From NCBI GenBank assembly GCA_963668025.2, contig CAXXTH010000018.1, positions 64,001 to 128,000 of the forward strand: 64,000 nucleotides of DNA. Direction: 5' to 3'. Source of the stretch: Candidatus Hydrogenedentota bacterium (GTDB lineage Bacteria; Hydrogenedentota; Hydrogenedentia; Hydrogenedentales; SLHB01). The notes beneath the pieces are model-generated. The model had not been told where the DNA came from, made no database searches, and saw only the letters and a program-made list of their open reading frames with translations. Positions 40,410 to 50,603 of this stretch are shown one piece after another. Within the stretch, counting starts at the first letter, position 1. The number at the start of each line of letters is the position of its first letter. A program made the translations under genes and the position numbers.

Positions 40410-42965
40410 ATGCCCACGATCTCACGGTTTACCGTGGTTCCAAAATTGCCCGAGCCGCTCGAACCGCTCCGGGCCATCGCATATAATTTCGCCTGGTGCT
40501 GGGAGCCTGAGGCCATTGCGTTGTTCTTCCGCATTGACCCAGACATGTGGGTAAAAACAAACCAAAATCCTATCCGCCTGTTGGGCGCTGTCAGCCAGGC
40601 CCGCTTGGAGGAATTAGCGGCGGACGACAGCTTCTGTTCTCATCTCGCGCGCGTGCAAGATATCATGAAGCGCTACATCGAAGCTGAAAGCTGGACGGAT
40701 AGAAATCCGAATGTGCCGCATGAATTCCAGATCGCGTATTTGTCCCTCGAGTTTGGCGTGCATGAATCTTTATCCGTCTATTCAGGCGGCCTGGGATTGC
40801 TGGCGGGTGATCATCTGAAATCAGCCAGCGATCTGGGCCTGCCACTCGTGGGCGTAGGGCTGCTATATCGCGAAGGCTACCACTCCCAATACCTCAACGC
40901 CGACGGCTGGCAGCAAGAGCGCTACCCACGCAACGATTTTTACAATATGGGAGTCACCCTTGTCCGCGGCGAAGATGGGAAGCCCCTCCTGATACCTGTC
41001 GAATATCCTCAACGCACCGTTCAAGCGCGGGTTTGGCTGGTAAATGTGGGCCGGGTTCCGCTTTATATGCTCGATTGCGATTTCGACGCCAATGACCCAA
41101 GCGACCGGCAAATGACCGCGCGATTGTATGGGGGCGACCCCGACATGCGCATCCGGCAGGAAATTCTCCTGGGCTTCGGGGCGGTGCGCTTGCTTCACGC
41201 CCTGAATATCTGGCCCAGCGTTTTTCATATGAATGAAGGCCATGCCGCCTTTATGACCCTCGAACGGGTCCGGCAACTCGTGGAAGACAAGGGCCTCAGC
41301 TTTGCGTATGCCTTGGAGTCCGTGAAGTCTGGCAGCGTATTTACCACCCATACGCCCGTTCCAGCGGGCAATGACATGTTCAACCCTGAAATGGTCGAGT
41401 ATTATTTCCGGGAATATGTCCGGGATATCGGGATTTCCATGAACGATCTGCTGGCCCTAGGCAGGCAAGATCCTCATGATAATCACGAACCATTTTGCAT
41501 GACTGTCCTGGCGCTTCGCCTATCCGCCGCAGCCAATGGGGTAAGCAAACTACATGGCGAAGTCGCGCGCGGCATGTGGAACCGCACATGGCAAGATGTG
41601 CCTACGGACGAAGTGCCTATTACCCATATCACCAATGGCGTCCATACCCGGTTCTGGGTGTCGCGCGACATGGCAAGCCTGTATGACCGGTATCTTGGCC
41701 CAGCCTGGATCAACAATCCAGCCGATCCAAATGTTTGGGCCAATATCGACAGCGTGCCTGATCCTGAGTTGTGGCGCACCCATGAACGGCGGCGTGAACG
41801 CATGGTGAATTTCGCCCGCCGCAGGCTCGCTGGCCAGCTACAGGAACGCGGCGCATCCCATACCGAATTGCAGGCCGCGTCCGAAGCCCTTGACCCGGAA
41901 ACGCTCACGATAGGTTTTGCGCGGCGTTTCGCCACATATAAGCGTGCGAATCTTTTGCTTGCGGACCGCGAGCGGCTGGCGCGCATTTTGTCGAATTCCC
42001 ACGGGCCCGTGCAGATGATCATCGCGGGGAAAGCCCATCCCGCCGATAACCAAGCCAAGGAGCTCATCCGGAATATCATTCATTTTGTGCGCGACTTTAA
42101 CATGCGCAACCACGTGGCCTTTATCGAAGACTACGACATCAATGTCGCCCGCTACATGGTGCAGGGCGTGGATTGCTGGCTCAATACGCCTCTGCGCCCC
42201 CAGGAAGCCAGCGGCACCAGCGGAATGAAAGTAGCCGCCAACGGCGGATTGAATATCAGCATTCCCGACGGATGGTGGTGTGAGGCCGAAATACTCGGTG
42301 AGAACGGATGGAGCATAGGAGGCGGTGAAACGTACGGGGATCACGAGGAGCAAGACCGGGTCGAAAGCCAAATGCTCTACGAGCTCCTGGAACGCGATAT
42401 TGTCCCCCGCTTCTACGAACGCGGGCGCGATGGGGTTCCCCGGCGCTGGATAGAAATGATGAAGACTTCCATCAAGACGATCTGCCCCATTTTTAACACC
42501 CACCGCATGGTGAGCGAGTATGCTGAGAAATTTTACATTCCTTGCACGCTGCGGCGGAATCTGTTTACTAAAGATAATAGGGCCCGCGCGAAGCAACTCG
42601 CCGACTGGAAAGCGAAAATTCGTGATGCATGGGGCAAAGTGAAGGTGGCCAAAGTCGAGTCGGGTCCGGTCGAAAGCCTGCCTTTCGGCTCGAAACTGAA
42701 TGTGCGCGCTAGTTTGGCCCTCGCTGGGCTCAGCACGGATGACGTAACGGTTGAGATTTATTATGGCCCGATGGATCCCTCCGGAAGAATCATTACCGGC
42801 AAGGCAATAGAGATGCATCCCGTGGGCGAGTCCAATGCCCTTGCCGAATTCGCTGGCGATATTGTCTGCGATCTTACGGGGCAACTGGGATTTAGCGTGC
42901 GCGTCATTCCAAGTCATCCCGACTTAGCCCAGAAGCACGAGACGACACTGATTACCTGGGCTTGA
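40410..42965 (+). CDS. glgP: Alpha-glucan (glycogen) phosphorylase
   Basis: YSGGLGLLAGDHLKSASD, HMNEGH, FARRFATYKR, EASGTSGMK PLP motif. Confidence 0.95.
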   Translation: MPTISRFTVVPKLPEPLEPLRAIAYNFAWCWEPEAIALFFRIDPDMWVKTNQNPIRLLGAVSQARLEELAADDSFCSHLARVQDIMKRYIEAESWTDRNPNVPHEFQIAYLSLEFGVHESLSVYSGGLGLLAGDHLKSASDLGLPLVGVGLLYREGYHSQYLNADGWQQERYPRNDFYNMGVTLVRGEDGKPLLIPVEYPQRTVQARVWLVNVGRVPLYMLDCDFDANDPSDRQMTARLYGGDPDMRIRQEILLGFGAVRLLHALNIWPSVFHMNEGHAAFMTLERVRQLVEDKGLSFAYALESVKSGSVFTTHTPVPAGNDMFNPEMVEYYFREYVRDIGISMNDLLALGRQDPHDNHEPFCMTVLALRLSAAANGVSKLHGEVARGMWNRTWQDVPTDEVPITHITNGVHTRFWVSRDMASLYDRYLGPAWINNPADPNVWANIDSVPDPELWRTHERRRERMVNFARRRLAGQLQERGASHTELQAASEALDPETLTIGFARRFATYKRANLLLADRERLARILSNSHGPVQMIIAGKAHPADNQAKELIRNIIHFVRDFNMRNHVAFIEDYDINVARYMVQGVDCWLNTPLRPQEASGTSGMKVAANGGLNISIPDGWWCEAEILGENGWSIGGGETYGDHEEQDRVESQMLYELLERDIVPRFYERGRDGVPRRWIEMMKTSIKTICPIFNTHRMVSEYAEKFYIPCTLRRNLFTKDNRARAKQLADWKAKIRDAWGKVKVAKVESGPVESLPFGSKLNVRASLALAGLSTDDVTVEIYYGPMDPSGRIITGKAIEMHPVGESNALAEFAGDIVCDLTGQLGFSVRVIPSHPDLAQKHETTLITWA

Positions 42966-42982
42966 CAGGGCGGTTCGAGCAT

Positions 42983-43762
42983 ATGATTGGAGAAGCAAGG
43001 CGGGACGCCATTCTGGCCATGCTGAAGCTGGAAGGATTTGTTTCGTCCAGTTGGCTGCAACATGAGTTTAGCGTCAGCGACATCACCATTCGCCGTGATC
43101 TAGACAAGCTGGCTAAGCTGGGCCTTCTGGAACGAGTCCATGGCGGCGCACGCACAACCTGGAACGGCGGCGCCGTCCGCCAGGAAGCGGCCTTTCAAGA
43201 GCGGGTCCAGTCTTTTCCAGACCAAAAAAAAGCGATTGGACAACGGGCGGCCATGCTGGTCGAAGAAGGCAGCTCTATTTTTCTCGATGGAAGCACTACG
43301 GTTGTGCATATGGCGCAATTTCTGGATTCGTTCAAGAAATTAACGGTCGTCACGGATAGCCTCGCCGTCTTGCAGGCTTTGGCGCATGCGCCTGGCATCG
43401 AACTGGTCGTCCTGGGCGGCAGCCTGCAAGAAGACGGCAACACCATAGACGGCCCTTTCGCCATGGAAAATACGGAGCAAATCCGAGTGGACACGCTGTT
43501 CTTCTCTTGTTCCGGATTGGATGCGCAGGGTGTGTACAATCCGGGCACGGTAGGCACGCATATCAAGCGGCTCCTCATTGCCAAAGCCAAGCGCCGCGTG
43601 CTGCTCGCCAGCTCCGAAAAATATGGCCTGCATGACTTTTACCTGCTATGCCCCTTGGCGGATGTCGATGTGATCGTGACGGACGCCCCTCCTTCACCGG
43701 ACGCGGAAGAAGCCTTTTCCCAGCATGCCATCGAATTGTTGATAGCAGGCGCAGACCGGTAA
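42983..43762 (+). CDS. DeoR/GlpR family transcriptional regulator
   Basis: VSDITIRRDL...RVHGGA; IFLDGSTT. Confidence 0.92.
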   Translation: MIGEARRDAILAMLKLEGFVSSSWLQHEFSVSDITIRRDLDKLAKLGLLERVHGGARTTWNGGAVRQEAAFQERVQSFPDQKKAIGQRAAMLVEEGSSIFLDGSTTVVHMAQFLDSFKKLTVVTDSLAVLQALAHAPGIELVVLGGSLQEDGNTIDGPFAMENTEQIRVDTLFFSCSGLDAQGVYNPGTVGTHIKRLLIAKAKRRVLLASSEKYGLHDFYLLCPLADVDVIVTDAPPSPDAEEAFSQHAIELLIAGADR

Positions 43763-43776
43763 CAAAGGAGGTGCGG

Positions 43777-44613
43777 CTAGATTCTGCCCGTGGCGCATAA
43801 TTCCAGAAACACAATCATGAACCAATGGATCAGAAACGCGGGAACAAAGGAGCGGCTCCTCCACGCGACGAATCCGAAGCATGCGCCGCCGAAGGGCGTG
43901 CTGAGGGTTTCCAAGAGCGGCTTGCCCATGTGCATGAAGCAAAACGGCACAGCATGCAGAAACAGCGCCGGGCCGGGAGGCATGACACGGAGCAATGCGG
44001 CCAGATAGAATCCGCGCCAGATAAACTCCCAGGCCATCATCTCGACGCCCCATTTGCCCAGCACCACTCCCACGGGCCGCTCCGGGCCCATGCTGTAATA
44101 ATGTTGCATGGCTTCATTGTGATGGCCGAGATACCATAAGATCGGCGCCATAAGCCCGCAGCCGATAGCCGTCCATAATAACCCTTCGCGCCAATTGCCC
44201 AAGCAAAATCCATAGTCTTTCGGGCGCTCGCCAAACACCAGCACGATGAAGATCATCGGAAAAACAAAGAAGTAAACGAATTGGTCCCAGGTATTGTCGC
44301 CCGTGAATCGAAAACCATCGCGCGCCGTATGGAACATGGGCAGCAGGGTGCCTAGGATAATGACGGACAGCACGCGCAAATCCACGGAAGCGCCCATGAA
44401 AGAGAGGCGGCCTTTCCATTGGATCCACGCCTGAAGGCATAACATCACGGCAAGCATGACGCCGCAAAACAGGGCCATTTCCTGAGGCGTGCGTATGCCG
44501 AAACCGTGGACATATCCTTGTTGATGCGCCCAGGCATATCCGCCTGCCGCAGCGGCCATCACCGCCACAAGCGCCACACGGCGGGGTGCGAATAGGTTCC
44601 GAAGGATTTTCAT
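43777..44613 (-). CDS. CPBP (type II CAAX/Abi) intramembrane glutamic protease family protein
   Basis: Multi-TM; E..AWEFIWRG, FCFMH, AFLIH motifs. Confidence 0.8.
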   Translation of the reverse strand: MKILRNLFAPRRVALVAVMAAAAGGYAWAHQQGYVHGFGIRTPQEMALFCGVMLAVMLCLQAWIQWKGRLSFMGASVDLRVLSVIILGTLLPMFHTARDGFRFTGDNTWDQFVYFFVFPMIFIVLVFGERPKDYGFCLGNWREGLLWTAIGCGLMAPILWYLGHHNEAMQHYYSMGPERPVGVVLGKWGVEMMAWEFIWRGFYLAALLRVMPPGPALFLHAVPFCFMHMGKPLLETLSTPFGGACFGFVAWRSRSFVPAFLIHWFMIVFLELCATGRI

Positions 44614-45389
44614 GCGTCGCCTGCGCCTTGTGTATCAGGTGTCTTGGCGGCAATGATGTTGCGTTCATCATGGGCGGCTACAATCCGCTCGCCGGGCCGG
44701 ACCACGAGGAAATCCACCTCATTCCAGTCACCCTCGACAAGCCGTTTCACCAAGCTAGGATCCCCTTCAAGAATATCGTGATGCCATTTAAGCCAGTCCG
44801 CGCATTCCCGCGTGTACTGGCGGTACGCTTCCGTTTCACCTACATTCAGGTCCACATACGCCGCATTCGAGTAATTGGACATCCAGGCCTGTTCCATCTG
44901 CATAAGGTATTCGGCGTTTTCTTCGCCATATGTTTCCACATACTGGTGGTAGGTATCCTCATATCGCTTTTGGCCAGGCTGCGTGTGGGTGTCGATCCAT
45001 CCCGGCGAATACCAGTACGTGCCCGGATGGGCGTCGAAGTATTCCCGGTAGCGCTCTTTCGAGCCTAAAAGAAACGTGATGCAATCATGGGCGCGAGGCA
45101 CGACCAAAGGCTTATCACGCGCTTCGATGCCGACCAAGCCGTTGCTGCATAGGCCATATCCTACAATCACCGCCTCACAGGTTTCAGGCGTATGATCGAT
45201 GGCGTTTTGCAACTCCGAGCGCAACAAATCCGGCGTATTATGGAGGCCTTGCGGCAAATAGTGGAACTCGAACACGTTGCGCGATAACGATGCGTAGTAA
45301 CACAGTTCTCGCCAAAGCACATGGCACGAGATGACGAAAAGACGTTTAGCCTGTATTTTCTCATCAGGCACAGGGAACACCGACACCAT
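44610..45389 (-). CDS. DUF1638 domain protein
   Basis: ISC.VL.RE, GLH..P..LR, GYGLCSNG, HDCI..LLGS, YW.SPGW; GGAGG RBS. Confidence 0.85.
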   Translation of the reverse strand: MVSVFPVPDEKIQAKRLFVISCHVLWRELCYYASLSRNVFEFHYLPQGLHNTPDLLRSELQNAIDHTPETCEAVIVGYGLCSNGLVGIEARDKPLVVPRAHDCITFLLGSKERYREYFDAHPGTYWYSPGWIDTHTQPGQKRYEDTYHQYVETYGEENAEYLMQMEQAWMSNYSNAAYVDLNVGETEAYRQYTRECADWLKWHHDILEGDPSLVKRLVEGDWNEVDFLVVRPGERIVAAHDERNIIAAKTPDTQGAGDA

Positions 45390-45506
45390 TAAGGCCTCCA
45401 ACGGTATGCAAAACTTTACTGGCGCTTCAACCGGCGCGCCAGCGAATAAACATAACAATCCCACGATTTCTACTTATAGAATCGCAATAATGCCCTTTTA
45501 GCAAGG

Positions 45507-46607
45507 CTACTCGCAAGCGAACCGATGCACTTCATCGACCATGGACAGATAATTCTCGACGGGCACATAACTGGGAACGCTATTACCCGCGCCCAACGCA
45601 TAACGTCCGCGTGCGCCGCATACTTCCAGAAGCTGGCGCACCCGCGCGCGTACGGCTTCCACCGGCGCACCCGATAATATATTCAAGTCAACTCCCCCGA
45701 GAACGCCAATACGATGGCCGTACCGTTCCTGAAAGACTTCCACGGGGATAATGGCGTCTTCATACGAGTGCTTGGCGTCGATGCCCGCATCATTGATCAG
45801 ATCGTCCATGATCTCCAAGATACAGCCGCACGAGTGCAGGAAATACGGAATGCCGTGTGCGTGCGCCATGTCGGCGAAACGCTTATGCCAGGGAAGGGAA
45901 TACTGGCGCAAGTGGTCGGGGTCGATGAGCGTGCCCGTGCGGAATCCCATGTCGTCTCCCTGGAACAAGGCCGCCAGCCTATCCAATCCCAGCAAACGCC
46001 GGTAATAGGCCTCCATGCATTCGCCTACCTTATCGGAAACCGCTTGGACCAAACCGGGGTCTTCAAGCAATTTGATGCAGAGCGTCTCGATGGACATGAT
46101 TTGAGAGATATGCTCGAATGGCCCGCCCGCGTGGCAGGTGATGAAGCCCATGCCGTCCGGCAAATGGCTGTTCAAATATTCGAGGGCGAATAGATCCACG
46201 TTTTCCGCATTCGGCCAAGGATATCGCTCGAAATCCTCCCATGACGCAATCGCCCCATGGTGCTGGTCCGTCCATGCGCGCTGGCGGCTGGCCCCGGGGC
46301 TGGGATCGCCTCCCACCACAAGCTTCTCCTGAAATCCCATGCCGATCTCCCAGCGCAGGCAGTCATAACCCATGGCGTGCCAGAAGGCGATGACATTATC
46401 CAGATACGGCCGCATCGCGTCATGGTCCGGCGCATATGGCGTCCATTCGCGGCCCAGCAAGCCCGTTAGGATGGGCTGCATGACCAATTCGTCGATGATG
46501 TATTCAACTAGAGGCGGCTTCGAGCCATCGGCGCGTCCCATGATGATATCAATGAATCGCTGGCAATTGGGGTGGGGATTATGGAGCGGTATGTGCGGGT
46601 AGTCCAT
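45507..46607 (-). CDS. Uroporphyrinogen decarboxylase superfamily protein (MtaA/CmuA-like)
   Basis: GDDMG, LHSCG, GGVD, GNSVPSYVPVENY. Confidence 0.85.
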   Translation of the reverse strand: MDYPHIPLHNPHPNCQRFIDIIMGRADGSKPPLVEYIIDELVMQPILTGLLGREWTPYAPDHDAMRPYLDNVIAFWHAMGYDCLRWEIGMGFQEKLVVGGDPSPGASRQRAWTDQHHGAIASWEDFERYPWPNAENVDLFALEYLNSHLPDGMGFITCHAGGPFEHISQIMSIETLCIKLLEDPGLVQAVSDKVGECMEAYYRRLLGLDRLAALFQGDDMGFRTGTLIDPDHLRQYSLPWHKRFADMAHAHGIPYFLHSCGCILEIMDDLINDAGIDAKHSYEDAIIPVEVFQERYGHRIGVLGGVDLNILSGAPVEAVRARVRQLLEVCGARGRYALGAGNSVPSYVPVENYLSMVDEVHRFACE

Positions 46608-46636
46608 GGCAAAGCGCCTCCTGGTCCGTTGGCTGG

Positions 46637-46807
46637 TTATTGTTTAGGTTTATCTGGTTCTATTTTTTGGATCCACGGCCAGGGGAATCCACATATCGTA
46701 CAGCGTTCTTCTTTGGCAGGATACACGTACCGGCAATGCATGCATGTGACGCTCACGGCTGGTTCAGCAGAAGCCGGTTCCGGATTATTGAATTTCTTTT
46801 TTGCCAC
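46637..46807 (-). CDS. Small zinc-ribbon protein (about 56 aa)
   Basis: CMHC-x10-CTIC; probable GTG start at 46807; fills the gap between GH4 and UroD genes on the same strand. Confidence 0.6.
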   Translation of the reverse strand: MAKKKFNNPEPASAEPAVSVTCMHCRYVYPAKEERCTICGFPWPWIQKIEPDKPKQ

Positions 46808-48305
46808 GGGATTTCTTTCCGGATTTATCAGCCACCTGTTTGGAAGAATCCACTGCGGCGCTTTCTCTTTCCGCTTTGATCTCAGCAATACTCTTTGTTT
46901 TCAAACGCGCCGCGCCGGCAACCGATTTCGCACCTAGATTTTTCTCTGAAGCCAGGCGCTTTTTCGCCTTGGCAATTTCGTTCTTATACTGGGGAAGCCA
47001 TTGGGCTTGCGCCACAAGCATGGCGTCGGCCAATTGCCAGATCTCGGGCGGATTACAGACCGCCGCCGTTAAGGGATCATGCAACATGGCTTGCTTGAGT
47101 AACATCACATCGCCATGCACCGCCGCCTCTACGGCCATGCGCTGCACGGAGATGCTGGCGTTGCAGGTGGCCGCACACGCCAGAGGCAAATCGCCCAGTT
47201 CCATGATATTCACGCCAGCGCGGTCCACATGGCCCGAGGCCTCAATAATGCAATCGGGTGGAAGATTGGTGATGTGATGATGGTTCACCATGTTAAAGAA
47301 ACTGCGGAATACGCGCCCCGTCTCCATGGCTTCCACGATGTAACTGCCGCGCTCGCGCGAACGGATATCCGGCGTAATCCGAGGAGCTTCCTGTTTTAGC
47401 CATTGTGGGTAATCATGCTTGAACCAATTGCGGCCTTCCGTACACACTCGAAGATAACCACCTGTTTCGCCATTATTCCAGCGGCTCAAGTCGATCCAGT
47501 GCTTAATCTCTTCCGGGCGTTTCCGATACCACGGAAGATACTCTGAAAGATGGCCGTTGCTTTCCGTGGACCAATAGCCGAAACGACGCAACACATCAAT
47601 GCGGCATTTTTCATGCTGGTTGAAGACAGGATGCTTTTCTATGGCGGCCAGCAGCTTATCTTTCATCTCCCGGCCTTTGTGCTTCACCGAAAGGCACCAG
47701 GTCTGGTGGTTGATTCCTCCGAATATGAAGTCCAACTCATTTTCTGGAATATGCAGCGCTTCCGCGATGAGCATGCAAGAGTGCTCCACGCCATGGCATA
47801 GGCCAATGGTTTTCACGCCGCCATATTGGGTCGCGGCCCACGTGAGCATGGCCATGGGATTCGAGTAATTCATGAACACACAATCCGGCTTAGCCGCCTC
47901 GCGGATGTCTTTGCAGATGGACAGAATCACCGGAATGCCCCGCTGGGCATACATAATGCCGCCCGGAGCAAGCGTGTCGCCCACGCACTGGTCCACGCCA
48001 TACCGCAGCGGAATATCGATATCATATTGGAAAGCGTCGAGGCCGCCCACCCGCACCATGCAGAAGACATAATCCGCGCTGGCGATAGCCTCCCGCTGGT
48101 CAAGGGTAGCCGAGACCTTTGCGGGAAGCCCATTCTCGCGGATATCGCGCTGGGCAAGCTGGAATATCATGTCCAGATTGCGCCTGTTGATGTCCATAAA
48201 AGCAAATTCGGCGTCGCGCAATTCGGGAACGGCCAATATGTCATGCATCAACCGGCGCGTAAAGCCAATGCTTCCCGCGCCAATCATGGCGGCTTTAATA
48301 GGCAT
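46785..48305 (-). CDS. melA: NAD+-dependent alpha-galactosidase/glucosidase, GH4
   Basis: IGAGSIGF, DIPLRYG..Q.VGDT..PGG, NYSNP, GLCHG, GINH, HLSEY.PWY. Confidence 0.88.
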   Translation of the reverse strand: MPIKAAMIGAGSIGFTRRLMHDILAVPELRDAEFAFMDINRRNLDMIFQLAQRDIRENGLPAKVSATLDQREAIASADYVFCMVRVGGLDAFQYDIDIPLRYGVDQCVGDTLAPGGIMYAQRGIPVILSICKDIREAAKPDCVFMNYSNPMAMLTWAATQYGGVKTIGLCHGVEHSCMLIAEALHIPENELDFIFGGINHQTWCLSVKHKGREMKDKLLAAIEKHPVFNQHEKCRIDVLRRFGYWSTESNGHLSEYLPWYRKRPEEIKHWIDLSRWNNGETGGYLRVCTEGRNWFKHDYPQWLKQEAPRITPDIRSRERGSYIVEAMETGRVFRSFFNMVNHHHITNLPPDCIIEASGHVDRAGVNIMELGDLPLACAATCNASISVQRMAVEAAVHGDVMLLKQAMLHDPLTAAVCNPPEIWQLADAMLVAQAQWLPQYKNEIAKAKKRLASEKNLGAKSVAGAARLKTKSIAEIKAERESAAVDSSKQVADKSGKKSRGKKEIQ

Positions 48306-48440
48306 GTGCGATTCCTTGCTTTACAATCCCGCATTCACCGTGCATAAACGAGACGCCTCATGAAACGCCGTATGTGCAAGGCGCGCGGCGCGCTTTGCAC
48401 GCCGCGCACCTAGCCATGCCTTCTTGTTACAGCCTTCGCA

Positions 48441-48542
48441 TCAGAATGAAAAAACGCGCATGAGCACATGCGCGATAGCCGAGAAAAGGCCAGATCCGAA
48501 GCCATATACGGTCAGCGCAAAACTTAGTAACGTCATAATCAT
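48441..48542 (-). CDS. Putative 33-aa hydrophobic peptide
   Basis: GAGAGGGA RBS then MIMTLLSFALTVYGFGSGLFSAIAHVLMRVFSF. Confidence 0.4.
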   Translation of the reverse strand: MIMTLLSFALTVYGFGSGLFSAIAHVLMRVFSF

Positions 48543-48734
48543 AGCGGTTCCCTCTCTTATACGGTTTGCCCCCCTGAATACGGGCAAATAAATCGTATCA
48601 GAATGGGCAAGCGCGGGCAAACTGGCGAAACCATTCTGCCCGATGTATTCGAGTTTACAGCCCGCCACGCCGTTCGCCTTGCAGGAGCGGCTTTAAGATC
48701 TCTACAATGAAACCTCTCACAGGGAGCGCGGAAC

Positions 48735-50603
48735 GTGATACGAACAAACGCAAAGCTGGGCCCGGTGCGCATGCTGCCCGAGGAAGTCGCGAATAAAATC
48801 GCGGCGGGCGAGGTAGTCGAACGGCCTGCGTCCGTGGTGAAGGAACTCATCGAGAACGCCCTCGATGCAGGTGCGACACGCATCACGGTGCGCCTGGTGG
48901 CGGCGGGGCGGCGCACCATCGAGGTGATTGACAACGGCGCGGGCATGTCGGAGCAGGATGTCTTGCTGGCCATCGAACGCCACACAACGAGTAAAATCCG
49001 CACTTCCGAAGATCTCGATGAAATCCGCACCTTCGGCTTTCGTGGCGAGGCCCTGGCCAGCATCGCCGCCGTCTCGCGTTTTGAACTGGTGGCCCGCCGC
49101 GCGCAGGACGAAGCCGCCACGCGCGTGCAAGTCGAGGGCGGCATTTTACGCCAAGTGGACCATGCGCCAGCCCCGGTGGGCGCTCGAGTCTCCGCGCACC
49201 GGCTGTATTTCAATACGCCCGTGCGCGCGAAATTCCTGAAGGGCATCACGACCGAATTGAGCCGCTGCATCGATTGCGTCCAGCGGTTTGTCTTATCCGC
49301 TGATGGAGTGGCGTTCCAGCTTTCTCACAACGATAAAGTGCTGCTCGATGTCCCAGAAAACGCCAGCCTGCGTGATCGCGTCGCTCTTATTTGGGGGCTC
49401 AGTTTCGTGGAGGATCTTGTGGAACTCCATGGCGAGCGCGAGTGCATGCGTTTCCGCGGCCTCATTGGCACGCCACGCCTAACCCGCTCCAGCCGGTCGC
49501 ACCAGTTTTTCTTTCTGAACGGCAGGCCCGTGGCCAATCGCGCACTCCAGTATGGATTCGAAGATGGCTACCACCAGCTCCTGACCATTGGGCGCAGGCC
49601 CGTGGGCATTGTCATGATCGAGGCCCCGCCGCGTTCCGTCGATATCAACATCCATCCCGCCAAACGCGAAGTGCGCTTCCGTGATGAACGCGCCGTCCAG
49701 TCGGCGATGCGGGAAGTGGTGCGGGAATGCTTGAGCGCCTTACGTGCGCCAGAAAAGCCCGCAGCGCCTATTGTGGCGGATTACGCCGTGCCACCTGCGC
49801 CTTTACTCGATGATGCGCAATCCGCTCCCATGGACGCCCCCAGGGCAACGCACCCACCTCTCCCCCACGCCTCGCCTCCTGCATACACCGCTATTGGCGA
49901 AGAAACGTCCACTCAACCGCCTGCCGCCACAATAGGCGTACAGACGGAATTTGCTGGCGAGACGAATATGGAAGATGGTTCCGGGCGCATCATACCCGAG
50001 GCCTTCTACCGGCCAGTCGAATCGGTAGGCGGTGCGCCCGTGCAGTTATTTGACACGTATCTCCTCGTTCCCGAAGAAGAACGCCTGTTGATCATTGACC
50101 AGCATGCCCTTCATGAGCGCCTCACATACGACAGCTTATATGCCGAGCTTTCCGACCGGGAGTACGAATCCCAGCAGCTTATCGTGCCTTTGGTAGTGGA
50201 CGTGCCGCCTTCCTATGTGAGGCTCCTAGAAACGAACATTGCGCTCTTCTCGAAGCTGGGCATCGAGATCGAGCCTTTCGGCGGCCATTCGTTCCAAGTC
50301 ACGGCCATCTGCCCGCTCTACGAGGATGCACGTATTCCCGATACCATCTGCCGGGTGCTCGACCATCTTGCCCAAGGCGACCTGTTCAGCAAAGAGGAGA
50401 TCATGGACGAGCTTCTGCGCCTGGCCGTCGAGGCCTGCCGCGGCTCGGTCAAGGCGGGCGACCGATTAACTATCGAGGAGCGCCAAGGCCTCTTGGATGG
50501 TTTCCGCCGCTTGCGCCCGCCCTATACCTGCCCCCACGGCAGGCCCATCATCATCGAACTCACCCAAGCACAAATGGAAAAAAGTTTTCGGAGAAAACAG
50601 TGA
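48735..50603 (+). CDS. mutL: DNA mismatch repair endonuclease MutL
   Basis: IAAGEVVERPASVVKELIENALDAGA, GFRGEAL, DQHALHER, CPHGRP. Confidence 0.96.
   Translation: MIRTNAKLGPVRMLPEEVANKIAAGEVVERPASVVKELIENALDAGATRITVRLVAAGRRTIEVIDNGAGMSEQDVLLAIERHTTSKIRTSEDLDEIRTFGFRGEALASIAAVSRFELVARRAQDEAATRVQVEGGILRQVDHAPAPVGARVSAHRLYFNTPVRAKFLKGITTELSRCIDCVQRFVLSADGVAFQLSHNDKVLLDVPENASLRDRVALIWGLSFVEDLVELHGERECMRFRGLIGTPRLTRSSRSHQFFFLNGRPVANRALQYGFEDGYHQLLTIGRRPVGIVMIEAPPRSVDINIHPAKREVRFRDERAVQSAMREVVRECLSALRAPEKPAAPIVADYAVPPAPLLDDAQSAPMDAPRATHPPLPHASPPAYTAIGEETSTQPPAATIGVQTEFAGETNMEDGSGRIIPEAFYRPVESVGGAPVQLFDTYLLVPEEERLLIIDQHALHERLTYDSLYAELSDREYESQQLIVPLVVDVPPSYVRLLETNIALFSKLGIEIEPFGGHSFQVTAICPLYEDARIPDTICRVLDHLAQGDLFSKEEIMDELLRLAVEACRGSVKAGDRLTIEERQGLLDGFRRLRPPYTCPHGRPIIIELTQAQMEKSFRRKQ

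Noticed and set aside
41838-42917. 359-aa antisense ORF
   Set aside because: Shadow of glgP, expected from codon bias.
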